Program-made: the position numbers and the translations under genes
Shown: piece after piece, positions 26,835 through 38,052 of the stretch
Numbering within the stretch: position 1 is the stretch's first letter
How the letters are laid out: every line of letters begins with the position of its first letter
Notes under the pieces: model-generated
The model's database searches: none
What the model was told of the DNA's origin: nothing
What the model saw: the letters and a program-made list of their open reading frames with translations, nothing else
Assembly: GCA_964016885.1 (NCBI GenBank)
Contig: OZ024752.1
Span: 28,458,001 to 28,522,000 of the forward strand
Origin: Eledone cirrhosa
Taxonomy: Eukaryota
Length of the DNA: 64,000 nt
Reading direction: 5' to 3'

Positions 26835-28570
26835 TCACTCTTCATCCTTAACCCATCTGAAGAAGGATATTTTTAAGCGATGTGTACAACTTATCGCTGT
26901 TTCAGCTCTGCTGTTGATGAGCTCGTGGGGTGCAGTTATGATGTGGTAGAGCTCCATGAGGCAAAGATCGCATTTCCTCTTGAAGTTGTACGGTGCAGCC
27001 CTGCCGACAATCTCCCAGTGCGTGGAGAAGCTGATGTTTAAGTCCTTTAGTGATGTGATGTAGTCCGCGAACGAGGTGGAGTGCCTTAGTTTTCTATTTG
27101 TGAAAGAGTGGAGATGTGTTCGAAACCTAATTTTGAACGGGCCGGAGGTGGCCCCTATATAATGTTTAACGCTATTGTGGCTAGTAATAGTGCATCTATA
27201 TATAACCCTATCAGTCAAGCAGTATCCTCTAAGGGGGCAGCGTCCTCTGTCGCGGCAGTTGCAATTTCTGTCGCGGTTCCGTCTATTTCCCACGGTAAGG
27301 CTATCATTGTTGCTGCCTACGTTGTTACCTACGCTACCGCAGCTGCCGTTAGCACAATTACAACCCACAGAACGCGGGGTGGTGCGATTGTTATTCCGCA
27401 CGTCATGTTCTGCATGTTCCCCAGTCATTTCGCGGTTATTCTGGTTGCGTCTGCGGATGCCGTTGCCAACACTATTGGATGCTGCCAGGGAGTTGTTAAG
27501 GCCGATATAGTTATTGTCAGGTGTAGGTGCGTCTGTGTCGAGGTGCTGTGTCTTGGTGATCTTACTGTGGTTCGTTGTTCCTATGATGTCTGCTAGGTTA
27601 GGAGTAGTAGAGAAGGATATTTTTATATTGTTCCTATTAAGAATTTTTCTATACCTATGGTTGGGCGGGAAGTTCTTCTCTAAGGCTTCGAAGAACATCC
27701 GGGGTATGTTGGAGGCCACACTCCGAGAGTAGGGTGGGTGGGGGTGGGTGGAACCATAGGACGTTACGGTGGCGATTACGTGTCCTTGTACTTTTGCTAC
27801 GGGTGGTTCCATCTAAGTGTGGTTCCGCTCTTATGTGTGTTAATGCGCAGTCTCCCGTTCGGTGCCCCTTTCACTTTATGCTCGGGTGCACTCTTTCTAC
27901 CTCTTCCAAGTTTATGTACACGAAGATGTTGGTTGGAAGGCGTTGGTAGTAGGCCGTCGCCTTTGTTGGTTTTGTAATAGGGGAATAGTTTGAGTAATCT
28001 ACAGTGTTCACCGTCGCCGGGGGTGTGATCTTTGGTACGGTTATCTATTCTATTATATCCGACTTCAACGAGGTCGCCGCGTGATCGGTTATATGTATGG
28101 CTTACTATAACGTTAGTTTTATGAGGGGGGTGGTTTCTAGAGCTAGTGTTAGGGATGTAGGAAATTCCTCGGTTAAAGCCGGCGCTTATCAGGGCCCTAT
28201 TGTAGTAATCAGCCGCTTGGTTGAAGATATCCTCATTGGCGGATAGCCTCGAGATTCTATGTGAGATACTATAGACTATGGAGTTGAGAGTCTGCTTAGG
28301 GTGGTTGGAGGCATAATTAATATAAGAGAGGCACTCTCCAGGCTTATGGTATGGCTTGTATAAGCCCGTACTCAACTCCAGGGTCACGTCCAGGAAGTTG
28401 ACAACCCTGTGGTTGAGGTCCATAGTTACGGATAGGCCGTATGACTTAAAGAACCTGTGTATATGTTTGTTAAGGTTCTCTATCCTACGGGGGCTATGGT
28501 TCCTAACGGTAAACAGGGTGTCGTCCCTATATACACCTCCTTGTAGGGCCGGTATTTCTTACCTAAGCTT
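26835..28570 (-). pseudogene. Disrupted PLE RT/endonuclease ORF
   Basis: ORFs 27797-28423 and 26835-27812 overlap in different frames; the N-terminal RT motifs are missing. Confidence 0.88.
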
Positions 28571-28791
28571 ATTCTATGTGTGTGTGTGTTTTCATTGAAA
28601 ACACACACACACATAGAACAAACAACCAACCAACAACATGTAAATAAATAAACAAATAGATAAATGAACACAAACACACACAGACACCCGGATGTGGCGC
28701 ATGCGCAAACTGAGCACACAACACACACACAGAAATAAAATGGCGTAGGACAGAAGAAAGGAAAGGCACAGAAACAAAGAAAGGAATCCCC

Positions 28792-28836
28792 AGTCACTGA
28801 AGAGGTCACAGAGTGTGTGACGAAAGGACTATGACT
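28792..28836 (+). ncRNA. Minimal hammerhead ribozyme motif (family A)
   Basis: agtca-CTGAAGA-g-gtcaca gagtg tgtgac-GAAA-ggac-TA^tgact. Confidence 0.65.
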
Positions 28837-28994
28837 ATATATAAACAACTATCTGGTTGTGGAACCAACCAACCAACCAGAAATTTATAAATTTGTAGAT
28901 TTGTAAATTTATAAATTTATAAATATATAATAAATTGAAGTGAAGGCAACTGGTGCGTGTGTTTCTTATTGGCAACATGACCCTCCCAAAGTAT

Positions 28995-29089
<95 letters not shown>

Positions 29090-29692
29090 ACAGTCGATCG
29101 ACTTTCGTTGAAAAGTACTAGAGATGTTGTTGTTTGCCCCAGTTTGTCAATACTGCAGCAAATTAGAGGAAATTACGTTTCATTTTTAAATATTCCTATC
29201 GTGTTTACGGACGTATATCGAAATAGAATATCTAATTGTCCTTATTTAAAACGTTATGCTGTGATACGAAACTGGTTTCTCTACTGCTTGTTTATTAAAT
29301 TTAGCCATTATGCTGAGGCGTCTCTTCTTGGCTATATTTCTTTCCAGGTATAGTAAGTATATCTGGAAGATTTATGTCTGGAAATATATGGTATAAAAAT
29401 ATAAAAAATATATATCTAAAAGAATGATTCAGTTCAATGAATTGGTTAGTTTTTAAAAATTGCCCACAGAGATTTGTATTCATATATGTGAATTATTTAT
29501 AAGTTATTGTTTAACTGTATATCCTGGGTCTAAGGTATATAGCGTGACGAACGTTAAGTTGTAAGGAGGAAACTTTGCCAATATCAGAATTAATAGACAG
29601 AGCCCCTGGCAATGATATATCTAGGAGCGAAGTGCTTATATAGGGAGAGCCAGGTAGTTTATAGCTTTTATAATTGGACATATAGAAGTGAG

Positions 29693-29752
<60 letters not shown>

Positions 29753-29869
29753 CAGATTAAAGTTTAAGCAAAGAATCGCTACTTTCACCCTTAACGGATC
29801 TTCTGAAACTAAAAAGTCAAACTGTGAACGCAGAAGTAAATATTTCAAAAGACGTTGCAACCGAAGGAA

Positions 29870-30170
29870 GACAGGAAGATGATACTTTGGTTCGTGGAAA
29901 CGTTCCCTGGCAAAGAACGGGAAAAAAACGAAGATAATACGTCATTATTAGGTGCGGTGAAAACAATTACACGCAAAGACAAAACCACGTTTATGGTATA
30001 AATGAAGTCGTAGACTAATATTCTATTAGGTGGTTCATAGAGACGTTCTCTGGCAATGAACGGAAAAAACGAAGATGATACGTCATTATGTGGGGCGGAG
30101 AACAATTACACAGAAAGACAAAACCACGTAAATGGTATAACTGAAGTCGTAGACTAAAATTCTATTTAGG
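29870..30170. repeat. About 2.3 diverged tandem copies of a roughly 140-bp unit
   Basis: Repeated GAAGATGATACGTCATTAT...ACAATTACAC...AAAACCACGT..ATGGTATA...GAAGTCGTAGACTAA. Confidence 0.75.
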
Positions 30171-30837
30171 AAACCGAGTGATTCTCGGCTTCAGAGTTAA
30201 GAATAAAGTAAATAAAATACAGAGGTAATTGAAATTAAATATATACATGCACGCATCCGTATACGTACATACACAAGCATACGCGAAAACACTCATCATG
30301 GGTATGCAAATACAAGCACGTACACTAAAAAACACGCACGCACATACAGAACCCACGCAACGCCTGGACCCGCACACATACGAACGTATACACCAAATAC
30401 ACATAAAAATATATATAAAAATATATATAAATATGCGTGTGTGTGTGCGTGTATACACATAATTAAATAAACGTATATAAATATACACACATAAATATGT
30501 ATATAACGCGCGCACACGCATACCTACATGTAAATACACATATGCTTGCAGGCGTACGTCAACCAAAAGACAACGTACACATATACACACACCCTACATA
30601 CATACGAACCCGCATACTCACACACGCAAACTCACGTATACACATAACCAAGTGCACATGTACCAGCATATATAATATACGCCATAACATGAACAAGCAA
30701 ATATACCTACGAGAAAGTATACGTACCTTCACAAAACATACAGGTAATATATACTTACCTATACAGATAACTAATGGTATAAACATAAGATATAGTTAAC
30801 TACCACATCAAGGCGTAAAATATCCGCATTATTACTA

Positions 30838-31025
30838 TGGTGGGTTGGCAGTATCGGTGGAGGGTCGGACGCCATGCTTTCCAGCATAGTTACGTCCCTT
30901 TACGATCTGAGTTCAAATCCCGCCGAGGTTGACTTTGCCTTTCATCCTTACGGGGTCGATAAAATAAAGTACCAGTAATGCACTGGGTAATTGCTGGCCT
31001 TGTGCCTAAAGTAGAAACAATTATT
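30838..31025 (+). mobile_element. SINE subfamily 1 copy
   Basis: Same boxes, core and tail. Confidence 0.87.
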
Positions 31026-31031
31026 ACTATA

Positions 31032-31074
<43 letters not shown>

Positions 31075-31226
31075 ATAGATTTCGAGTATATGTTGGTTGT
31101 ATACCAACACCTCAGTGTGCAGGCTGGAGCACTCGACGAAGTGCGCAGGTTGGTTTGATTACTCCGGAGTAATGTAAAATAAAGTAAAATAAAAAGTCAA
31201 ATGTTTAAAATTTAGCTTCGTTTATT

Positions 31227-31281
31227 ACTGCTATATATATTTCGGTGACAGCCATCTTTGGCTGTGACCTCTTCAGGCAGT
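31227..31281 (-). ncRNA. Minimal type I hammerhead ribozyme (mirror copy)
   Basis: Exact reverse complement of 31656-31710. Confidence 0.82.
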
Positions 31282-31655
31282 CCGAATTAGTGTGGTATAG
31301 ACAAGTACATATGTTGTTGAGGTGTATAATAACAACACTACCAACACAATAACAACAATAACAACACTACCAACACAAGAATTGAGGTCAGATGTACCTA
31401 ACAATAACAAGAACAACAACTACAGATTGGCTTGCCTCAGAACGAACTTCTATAGACTTTTGAATGAGGAATGTTCTAACAACTGACCAATGAGAGGAGA
31501 AGAGGCACTGTGACACTGAAATTCGTTTGTTTGAATTCATATGATTCCAGTTCCTCTGTGAAATAACAACTCAACCAGGAACTGGGCATATCAGAGTATT
31601 GACAAAATTATACACCTCAACAACATATGTACTTGTCTATACCACACTAATTCGG

Positions 31656-31710
31656 ACTGCCTGAAGAGGTCACAGCCAAAGATGGCTGTCACCGAAATAT
31701 ATATAGCAGT
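31656..31710 (+). ncRNA. Minimal type I hammerhead ribozyme
   Basis: actgc-CTGAAGA-ggt c acagcca aaga tggctgt c acc-GAAA-tatata-TA^gcagt, then AATAAA. Confidence 0.82.
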
Positions 31711-31755
31711 AATAAACGAAGCTAAATTGTAAACATTTGACTTTTTACTTTACTT

Positions 31756-31824
<69 letters not shown>

Positions 31825-31879
31825 TTAAATAAATAAGTCAAATGTTTAAAATTTAGCTTCGTTTATATATATATATATA

Positions 31880-32260
31880 ATTAGAATTGGTGCTCTGAAA
31901 TAGCGATATATATATATGAATGTATATATAGTGTATTTTGCAATACACTGTATGCTTAATTAAAAGCATTTCGAAGACCTTACGCTATTGTTTTAGAGTA
32001 GTGACAGTCTCGCTTACTTTAAATTGTCAGCAAACAGGGGGAGATAAAGCTGACAGAGCTCTGTTTCGTACTTTTTTGGTACTTATCAAAGCTAAGTACT
32101 CCACCTGTTTGCTGAAAATCATGAATGTTTGATTCTTATAGAATTCTAGTAATAATCAGGAACTGATTATGGTATAAACATAATTTCTGCTTGACCGGCA
32201 ACCGCTCTGTATAAAAGTTCCTGATTATTACTAGAATTCTATAAGAATCAAACATTTATG
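31880..32260. mobile_element. Family B foldback element, copy 3 (right arm truncated)
   Basis: Same terminus, arm and spacer sequence. Confidence 0.85.
32048..32093 (-). ncRNA. Minimal type I hammerhead ribozyme, U3:A8 variant (family B)
   Basis: agct-TTGATAA-gtac caaaaaa gtac-GAAA-cagagctctg-TC^agct. Confidence 0.78.
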
Positions 32261-33980
32261 ATTGATTTTTTTAGTTTCAGAACATCCCGTTAAGTGTGAA
32301 AGTCTGTTATTTTAATATATATATATAATTATATATTCGTGTACAGATATTTTTTCATACACAAAAACAAAATATAAACAAACGTATTTATTTCACGAAA
32401 GCACAGACGGCTTATCGTCATTGTTACTGCCGATATGCCACCCAAAAGTCCTAGCCTGGCCGCAAGATCAGATTTTCCAGAAGAAAAAATGTTACTAGAG
32501 CAACATAGAGACTAAGCTTCGCGATTACCATCCACAAAGCTCAGGGTCAAACCCTAAAAGTGGCTGGCCTTCATCTGGGAAAACCATGGTCAATTCTATG
32601 TAGGATGCTCTAGAGTGAGCTAAGGAAGAGGAGAGGAAGGAGAGAAGGAGAAAAGAAACCTACAATGAAAGAACATCTTAAAATTTACCCAAGCCAAATG
32701 TATTTATTAACATTTCTATCTGCAGGTTCTTAGCAAGCTTACTGGCGCTTTAGTATGGTATTCAATTCTCATATCGTTTTTGATTGATATGGTGCATATA
32801 TCGCAGCTATTCATGTTTTAAACATTAGATAACGATTGCTGATGTATATTGTACGACAGAATTAGTTGAAAAGTATTTTGAATGGACAAATAAAAGAGAT
32901 ATAAAGGAGAGCTGTTTGTTGGTTGGTTCCTTCGCGTATCACACGAAAAAAAAACGAAAAGTGACATTCTGAAAGTATGTACGGGATTGGGATAAGAGTA
33001 TATCCAGGAAAGTTTATTGATACTAATTTTATAACACCAAAGAAGAACAAAGACATACCACGTGTGCTAACCAACCTGACTGCTATTTCTAGCAGGCTGC
33101 GAATCGAACATAGGGGATTTTCTCTGCGAGTTCGTTGTCAGTGATGATCGTGTTTCGCAGCCTATGTCTCCAATTCCAACGGTGGATTACACACACACAT
33201 ACACACACACACGCACACACACACACACGCACACACACGAACACTCACACAGGCACACACACACACACATATATATATACATACAAACACACATATATAT
33301 ATATACACACACTCACACTCACACTCACACACACTCATATATATATACACAAACACGCACAAACATACATACACACACACACACAATACACACACACTGT
33401 AAACAAGTCAATGCATTCAATACAGACGTTTTCTCTTCTACCGGTCTTCTCTTATCATTTGTTAACCTTGGCGAAGCTGGGTACCTCAACTAGTTAACGA
33501 TAATATTCGATTCGTTAGCAATTATGCAAACAGCCTCTTTAAGTCATTCTTGCTCTTGTGTTGGCAAGTAAACAGATTACATTTTTTGTATTAAGCCATG
33601 TATAGCGATAAACTATTTGTTATTTATACATATATATATATATAAAGAATTAATATCTAGTAACATATATATACATATGTATATATATGTTACTAGTTAT
33701 TAATTCTTTATAATTATCTCCAAATTATTTGTCGAGCAATATTGGCCATGACTGCTGCTATGGTAGCAGGCAGGCCGCTGTCTTATTAGCAAACCACTTT
33801 CCACTGATTGACCTCGATGTCACGTGATTGATTCTTTTTGAATTTGCCACCGACGCAGAGGCAGTGATTTTCTCAATGGCTAGGAATTCAGTCCACGCTT
33901 TGCTATTTTCTATCCACTGAATTATTTTTTAATAAGTTTCCAGAGTCCACGCTTTGCCTGGATAATTAGATGAGAATAGT

Positions 33981-34060
33981 CTTCCCTGACGACGGAATGC
34001 TTCTCAATGTTTTCTTCGGAAAATATATTTATTCCATTCCAGAAACTAATTAGTTGGAAG
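33981..34060 (+). ncRNA. Type I hammerhead ribozyme motif
   Basis: cttcc-CTGACGA-c ggaatg...cattcc a-GAAA-ctaattag-TT^ggaag. Confidence 0.72.
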
Positions 34061-34106
34061 TGATATTTTAGTAAGTAAGTTAATTTTATAATTTTCTTAT
34101 TTTATG

Positions 34107-34195
<89 letters not shown>

Positions 34196-34362
34196 TGTTA
34201 TATTGAAAGCGTCTCAACCTTCTTAAGGAACCAAATAAATATATATATATTTTTTTAAATAAGAGTCCAGTTGCATTTTCGATTTCATCCTTTTTTATTT
34301 ATACTTCCACTCGTGTAGGACACCTCGGTTATTTTTCATTTTGTAAAAAAAAAAAACCTCAC

Positions 34363-34426
<64 letters not shown>

Positions 34427-34645
34427 CGTTTCTGAATTTGTTTAGCAAGATTCTTTATCTGAAATCGTGTGTTGAAACCGATATTGTTATACTTTGGGAG
34501 GGTCATGTTGCCAATAAGAAACACACGCACTAGTTGCTTTCACTTCAATTTATTATAATAAATTTATAAATTTAGGAATTTATAAATTTATAAATTTCTG
34601 GTTGGTTGGTTGGTTGGTTCCACAACCAGATAGTTGTTTATATAT

Positions 34646-34690
34646 TGTCAAAGTTCTTTCGTCACACATTCTGTGACCTCTTCAGTGACT
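34646..34690 (-). ncRNA. Minimal hammerhead ribozyme motif (family A)
   Basis: Reverse complement of the 35242-35286 motif. Confidence 0.6.
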
Positions 34691-35241
34691 GGGGATTCTT
34701 TTCTTTGTTTTTGTGCCTCTCCTTTGTTCTGTCCTACGCCATTTTGTTTCTGTGTGTTGTGTGCTCAGTCTGCGCATGCGCCACATCCGGGTCTCTGTGT
34801 GTGTTTATATTCGTTTATTTATTTGTTTATTTACATGTTACCGGTTGGTTGTTTGTTCTGTGTGCGTGTGTGTTTTCATTTTGTCCTTAATTGTAAGTTG
34901 TAATGTTGCTGTTCCACTCATATTTTCTATTTAATTTTGGTTGTAATTCTTTTGATTATTGCCTCAATAAACATAAAAGAATTACAACCAAAATTAAATA
35001 GAAAATATGAGTGGAACAGCAACATCACAACTTACAATTAAGGACAAAATGAAAACACACACGCACATAGAACAAACAACCAACCGGTAACATGTAAATA
35101 AACAAATAAATAAACGAATATAAACACACACAGACACTCGGATGTGGCGCATGCGCAGACTGAGCACACAACACACACACAGAAACAAAATGGCGTAGGA
35201 CAGAACAAAGGAGAGGCACAAAAACAAAGAAAAGAATCCCC

Positions 35242-35286
35242 AGTCACTGAAGAGGTCACAGAATGTGTGACGAAAGAACTTTGACA
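35242..35286 (+). ncRNA. Minimal hammerhead ribozyme motif (family A)
   Basis: gtca-CTGAAGA-g-gtcaca gaatg tgtgac-GAAA-gaac-TT^tgac. Confidence 0.6.
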
Positions 35287-35439
35287 ATATATAAACAACT
35301 ATCTGGTTGTGGAACCAACCAACCAACCAGAAATTTATAAATTTATAAATTCCTAAATTTATAAATTTATTATAATAAATTGAAGTGAAAGCAACTGGTG
35401 CGTGTGTTTCTTATTGGCAACATGACCCTCCCAAAGTAT

Positions 35440-35489
<50 letters not shown>

Positions 35490-36154
35490 TATTCAATTCA
35501 ATAATTTCTGTGTGCGTAAGTGTATGTGAGTGAACTGGTGTGCGGATGTAATGTTTTTGGACACTTGAGCATATGTGTCTGCCCCAGTATCTATGCTGGT
35601 ATAAATCTTTGTTGGAGCTCTCGGTCTTTTAAAGTTAAATTCTCATTGGTCATGTGACAATTTGAGTTGGATAAAATGTGTGCCATATTCGATATTAGTG
35701 ACTAAAACTGTTAAACTAATAAAAGAACCATAGTATATATAAAGACCTCCTTCGGTCATGAATGACTGTGGATTTTACATCTAGAAAGTTCCCCTCCATG
35801 ACATAACCCCAAGGAAGGTGTTTTTGTGGAAGACCACCATTCTCACATGTATATCAGTATCTGCTCTATAGCCAACCCCACCGATGTTATCTAAAGGAAA
35901 GGCAATGGGTGATATAGCTTGGTACGAGTTATCACAACTCAATTCTGAGCAATGTAAAGTAAAGTGTCTTGTTCAAAGACACAACACAGCATTCGGTCCA
36001 AAAATCGAACTGACAACCTCACGATTGTAATCCCAACGCTCCAAACACTATATATGTATATTCTATGTCCGTTTGTGTATATTTCATGAGACCATGAATC
36101 TGTCACCAGGAATTTCCAATCCAATGAGGAAAATGTTGTGTACAAGTTCATCAG

Positions 36155-36353
36155 CAGACCTGTCAGCTCTCTCCGTAGGGCGAAGAGATCCCCCCACTCA
36201 CTCTGGAGTGGGTAATAGATGTCTTCTTTTGTAAAAAAAAATTGGTCTAGCTTTCATTATGTAAAGTCTCCCCATTTGACCTCATTTCTCCCCGTTTTGG
36301 GGTACTTTTTTCATGGTACTCGCCGTTTGGATTTTTAGAGGTTGGCAGGTCTG
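36155..36353. mobile_element. About 200-bp MITE with CAGACCTG.. terminal inverted repeats; second copy inverted at about 57333-57528
   Basis: TIRs at both ends, TSD-like TCATCA(G/A) flanks, homologous copy downstream of gene 2. Confidence 0.65.
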
Positions 36354-36593
36354 TCATCAATCACCAAGCACAGCTTCCTTCTCAACGGTATCTATATTAT
36401 CGAAGAGAAAGGATTACATAGGAATAGCAGACAGATACGTGGTAAGAATACCATACATGATGCGTTAACTAATGAAAACCTGTAAGCTGAACTAATATAT
36501 ACGAGATTATATATATTCTCTTCCCTGAGATAGTCTCCTCTCTTACTTGGTTCGTAGTTTAACCATGTATGTAACTCATATAGAGCCACACTC

Positions 36594-36638
<45 letters not shown>

Positions 36639-37495
36639 TACATACTTAGACAACCCCATATACATATGTGTATGTGTTGTCTGTGTGTGTTTTGTGGGGG
36701 TGTTATATATTCACACCATTACACATGACTTCTCTTACTTGGTTCGTAGTTTCACTATGTATGTGAACTCGCGTAGAGACACACTCCACTATATATATAT
36801 ATATTTGCATATATATTGAGACAACCCTATATATATATGTATGTGTTTGTGTGTGTGGTCTGTGTTTTGTGGCGGGGGGTGCATTCACACCATTACACAT
36901 GCATATATGTACATGTGTGTTAGTCATAATATAAAAAAATATAAATGCAAAACAAATATATAATCAAACAAAGGAAAAGACAAAAGATTCTTGTAGTTTT
37001 AGTTGCTATTGTTATTTCCCGGCATTGTTTTACTTGTTGAAATTGCTAGTGTTCTGTCAAGATTGACGACATTTCCTATTGAAACGTATGCCAAACGCAA
37101 CATTTATATGAAAAGTGCAAATTGCATTAAAGTGTTTGACCATGACAATTAACTATGTCTCTTCAGTTCATTTTGGACAATTGCCTAGACTACAGTATTT
37201 CGTACTTTAACAACAACTCACTGCTTGAACAACGTCTTCGTTCACTTTTCTAAAATTACGAGGAAATTCATTCACACTGAAAAATCTTTTCCTTTGTCTT
37301 CAAACTTTTTTCATGCTGCTCACAGTTTTCAATGCTATTTATGCTTTTTTTTAATTTTGATTTAAAATTTCTCTTAAAATATAACATATAATATAAAATA
37401 AAAATATTTTAAATATTTTATTATATTTAAAAACTCAATGTTTAAGTATTTTAGACAAAATGATGTGCGTGTGTGTATATATACGTGTGTGTGTT

Positions 37496-37528
<33 letters not shown>

Positions 37529-37543
37529 TATAGAGAGAGAGAA

Positions 37544-37669
<126 letters not shown>

Positions 37670-38052
37670 TTAAATAACACAAATCGATTTTTTATTATCT
37701 TAATGATATAAAATTGAGTTAATTTAAGAAAGAAAGAAAAATATTTTTTCACATTATAAAAATTCAATCGCACCAATCTTATTGAATATAAACTATATAA
37801 CCAGTGAGAATGTTATATATATGTAAACACTTTAATGCAGGCAAGATAAAAGCAGAACTAATATAAATAGATATTTGGTGCATCGAGGTCAAAATTATTT
37901 GAAGTTACATTCTCATTCATATTGTACATTTATTTGACCTTTTTTTCTATCCTAACCTACTCATTAACACCTGTCCTCCTATTAACTTTATTTTGACATT
38001 AGCTCATAACTAAAATTACTGAATGTTATATATACTGAAGGGTTCATCTCGC

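Larger units (their letters stand above)
26280..28571 (-). mobile_element. 5'-truncated Penelope-like retroelement (C-terminal GIY-YIG endonuclease type)
   Basis: Minus-strand YRDD at 28531-28520, then VVNFLDVTL...YINYASNHP (RT thumb), CNCRDRGRCPLRGYC linker, VIY...HYIGATSGPFKIRFRTH (GIY-YIG) and CDLCLME; 3' non-coding tail ends at a (TA)n tract. Confidence 0.93.
31081..31762. mobile_element. Foldback element with paired hammerhead motifs (arms about 31176-31330 and 31607-31762)
   Basis: Inverted arms and (TA)n flanks; related 3' tail at 26090-26225. Confidence 0.85.
34481..35447. mobile_element. Family A element as a head-to-head palindrome (arms 34481-34953 and 34975-35447)
   Basis: About 470-bp arms with a few substitutions and a 21-nt spacer; further family A copies at 28572-29000 (+), 41125-41404 (+) and 45136-45380 (-). 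Confidence 0.92.

Noticed and set aside
27108-27977. Plus-strand ORFs over the PLE, and minus-strand ORFs over the CRE element
   Set aside because: Antisense shadows of GC-richer retroelement coding sequence with no recognisable motifs.
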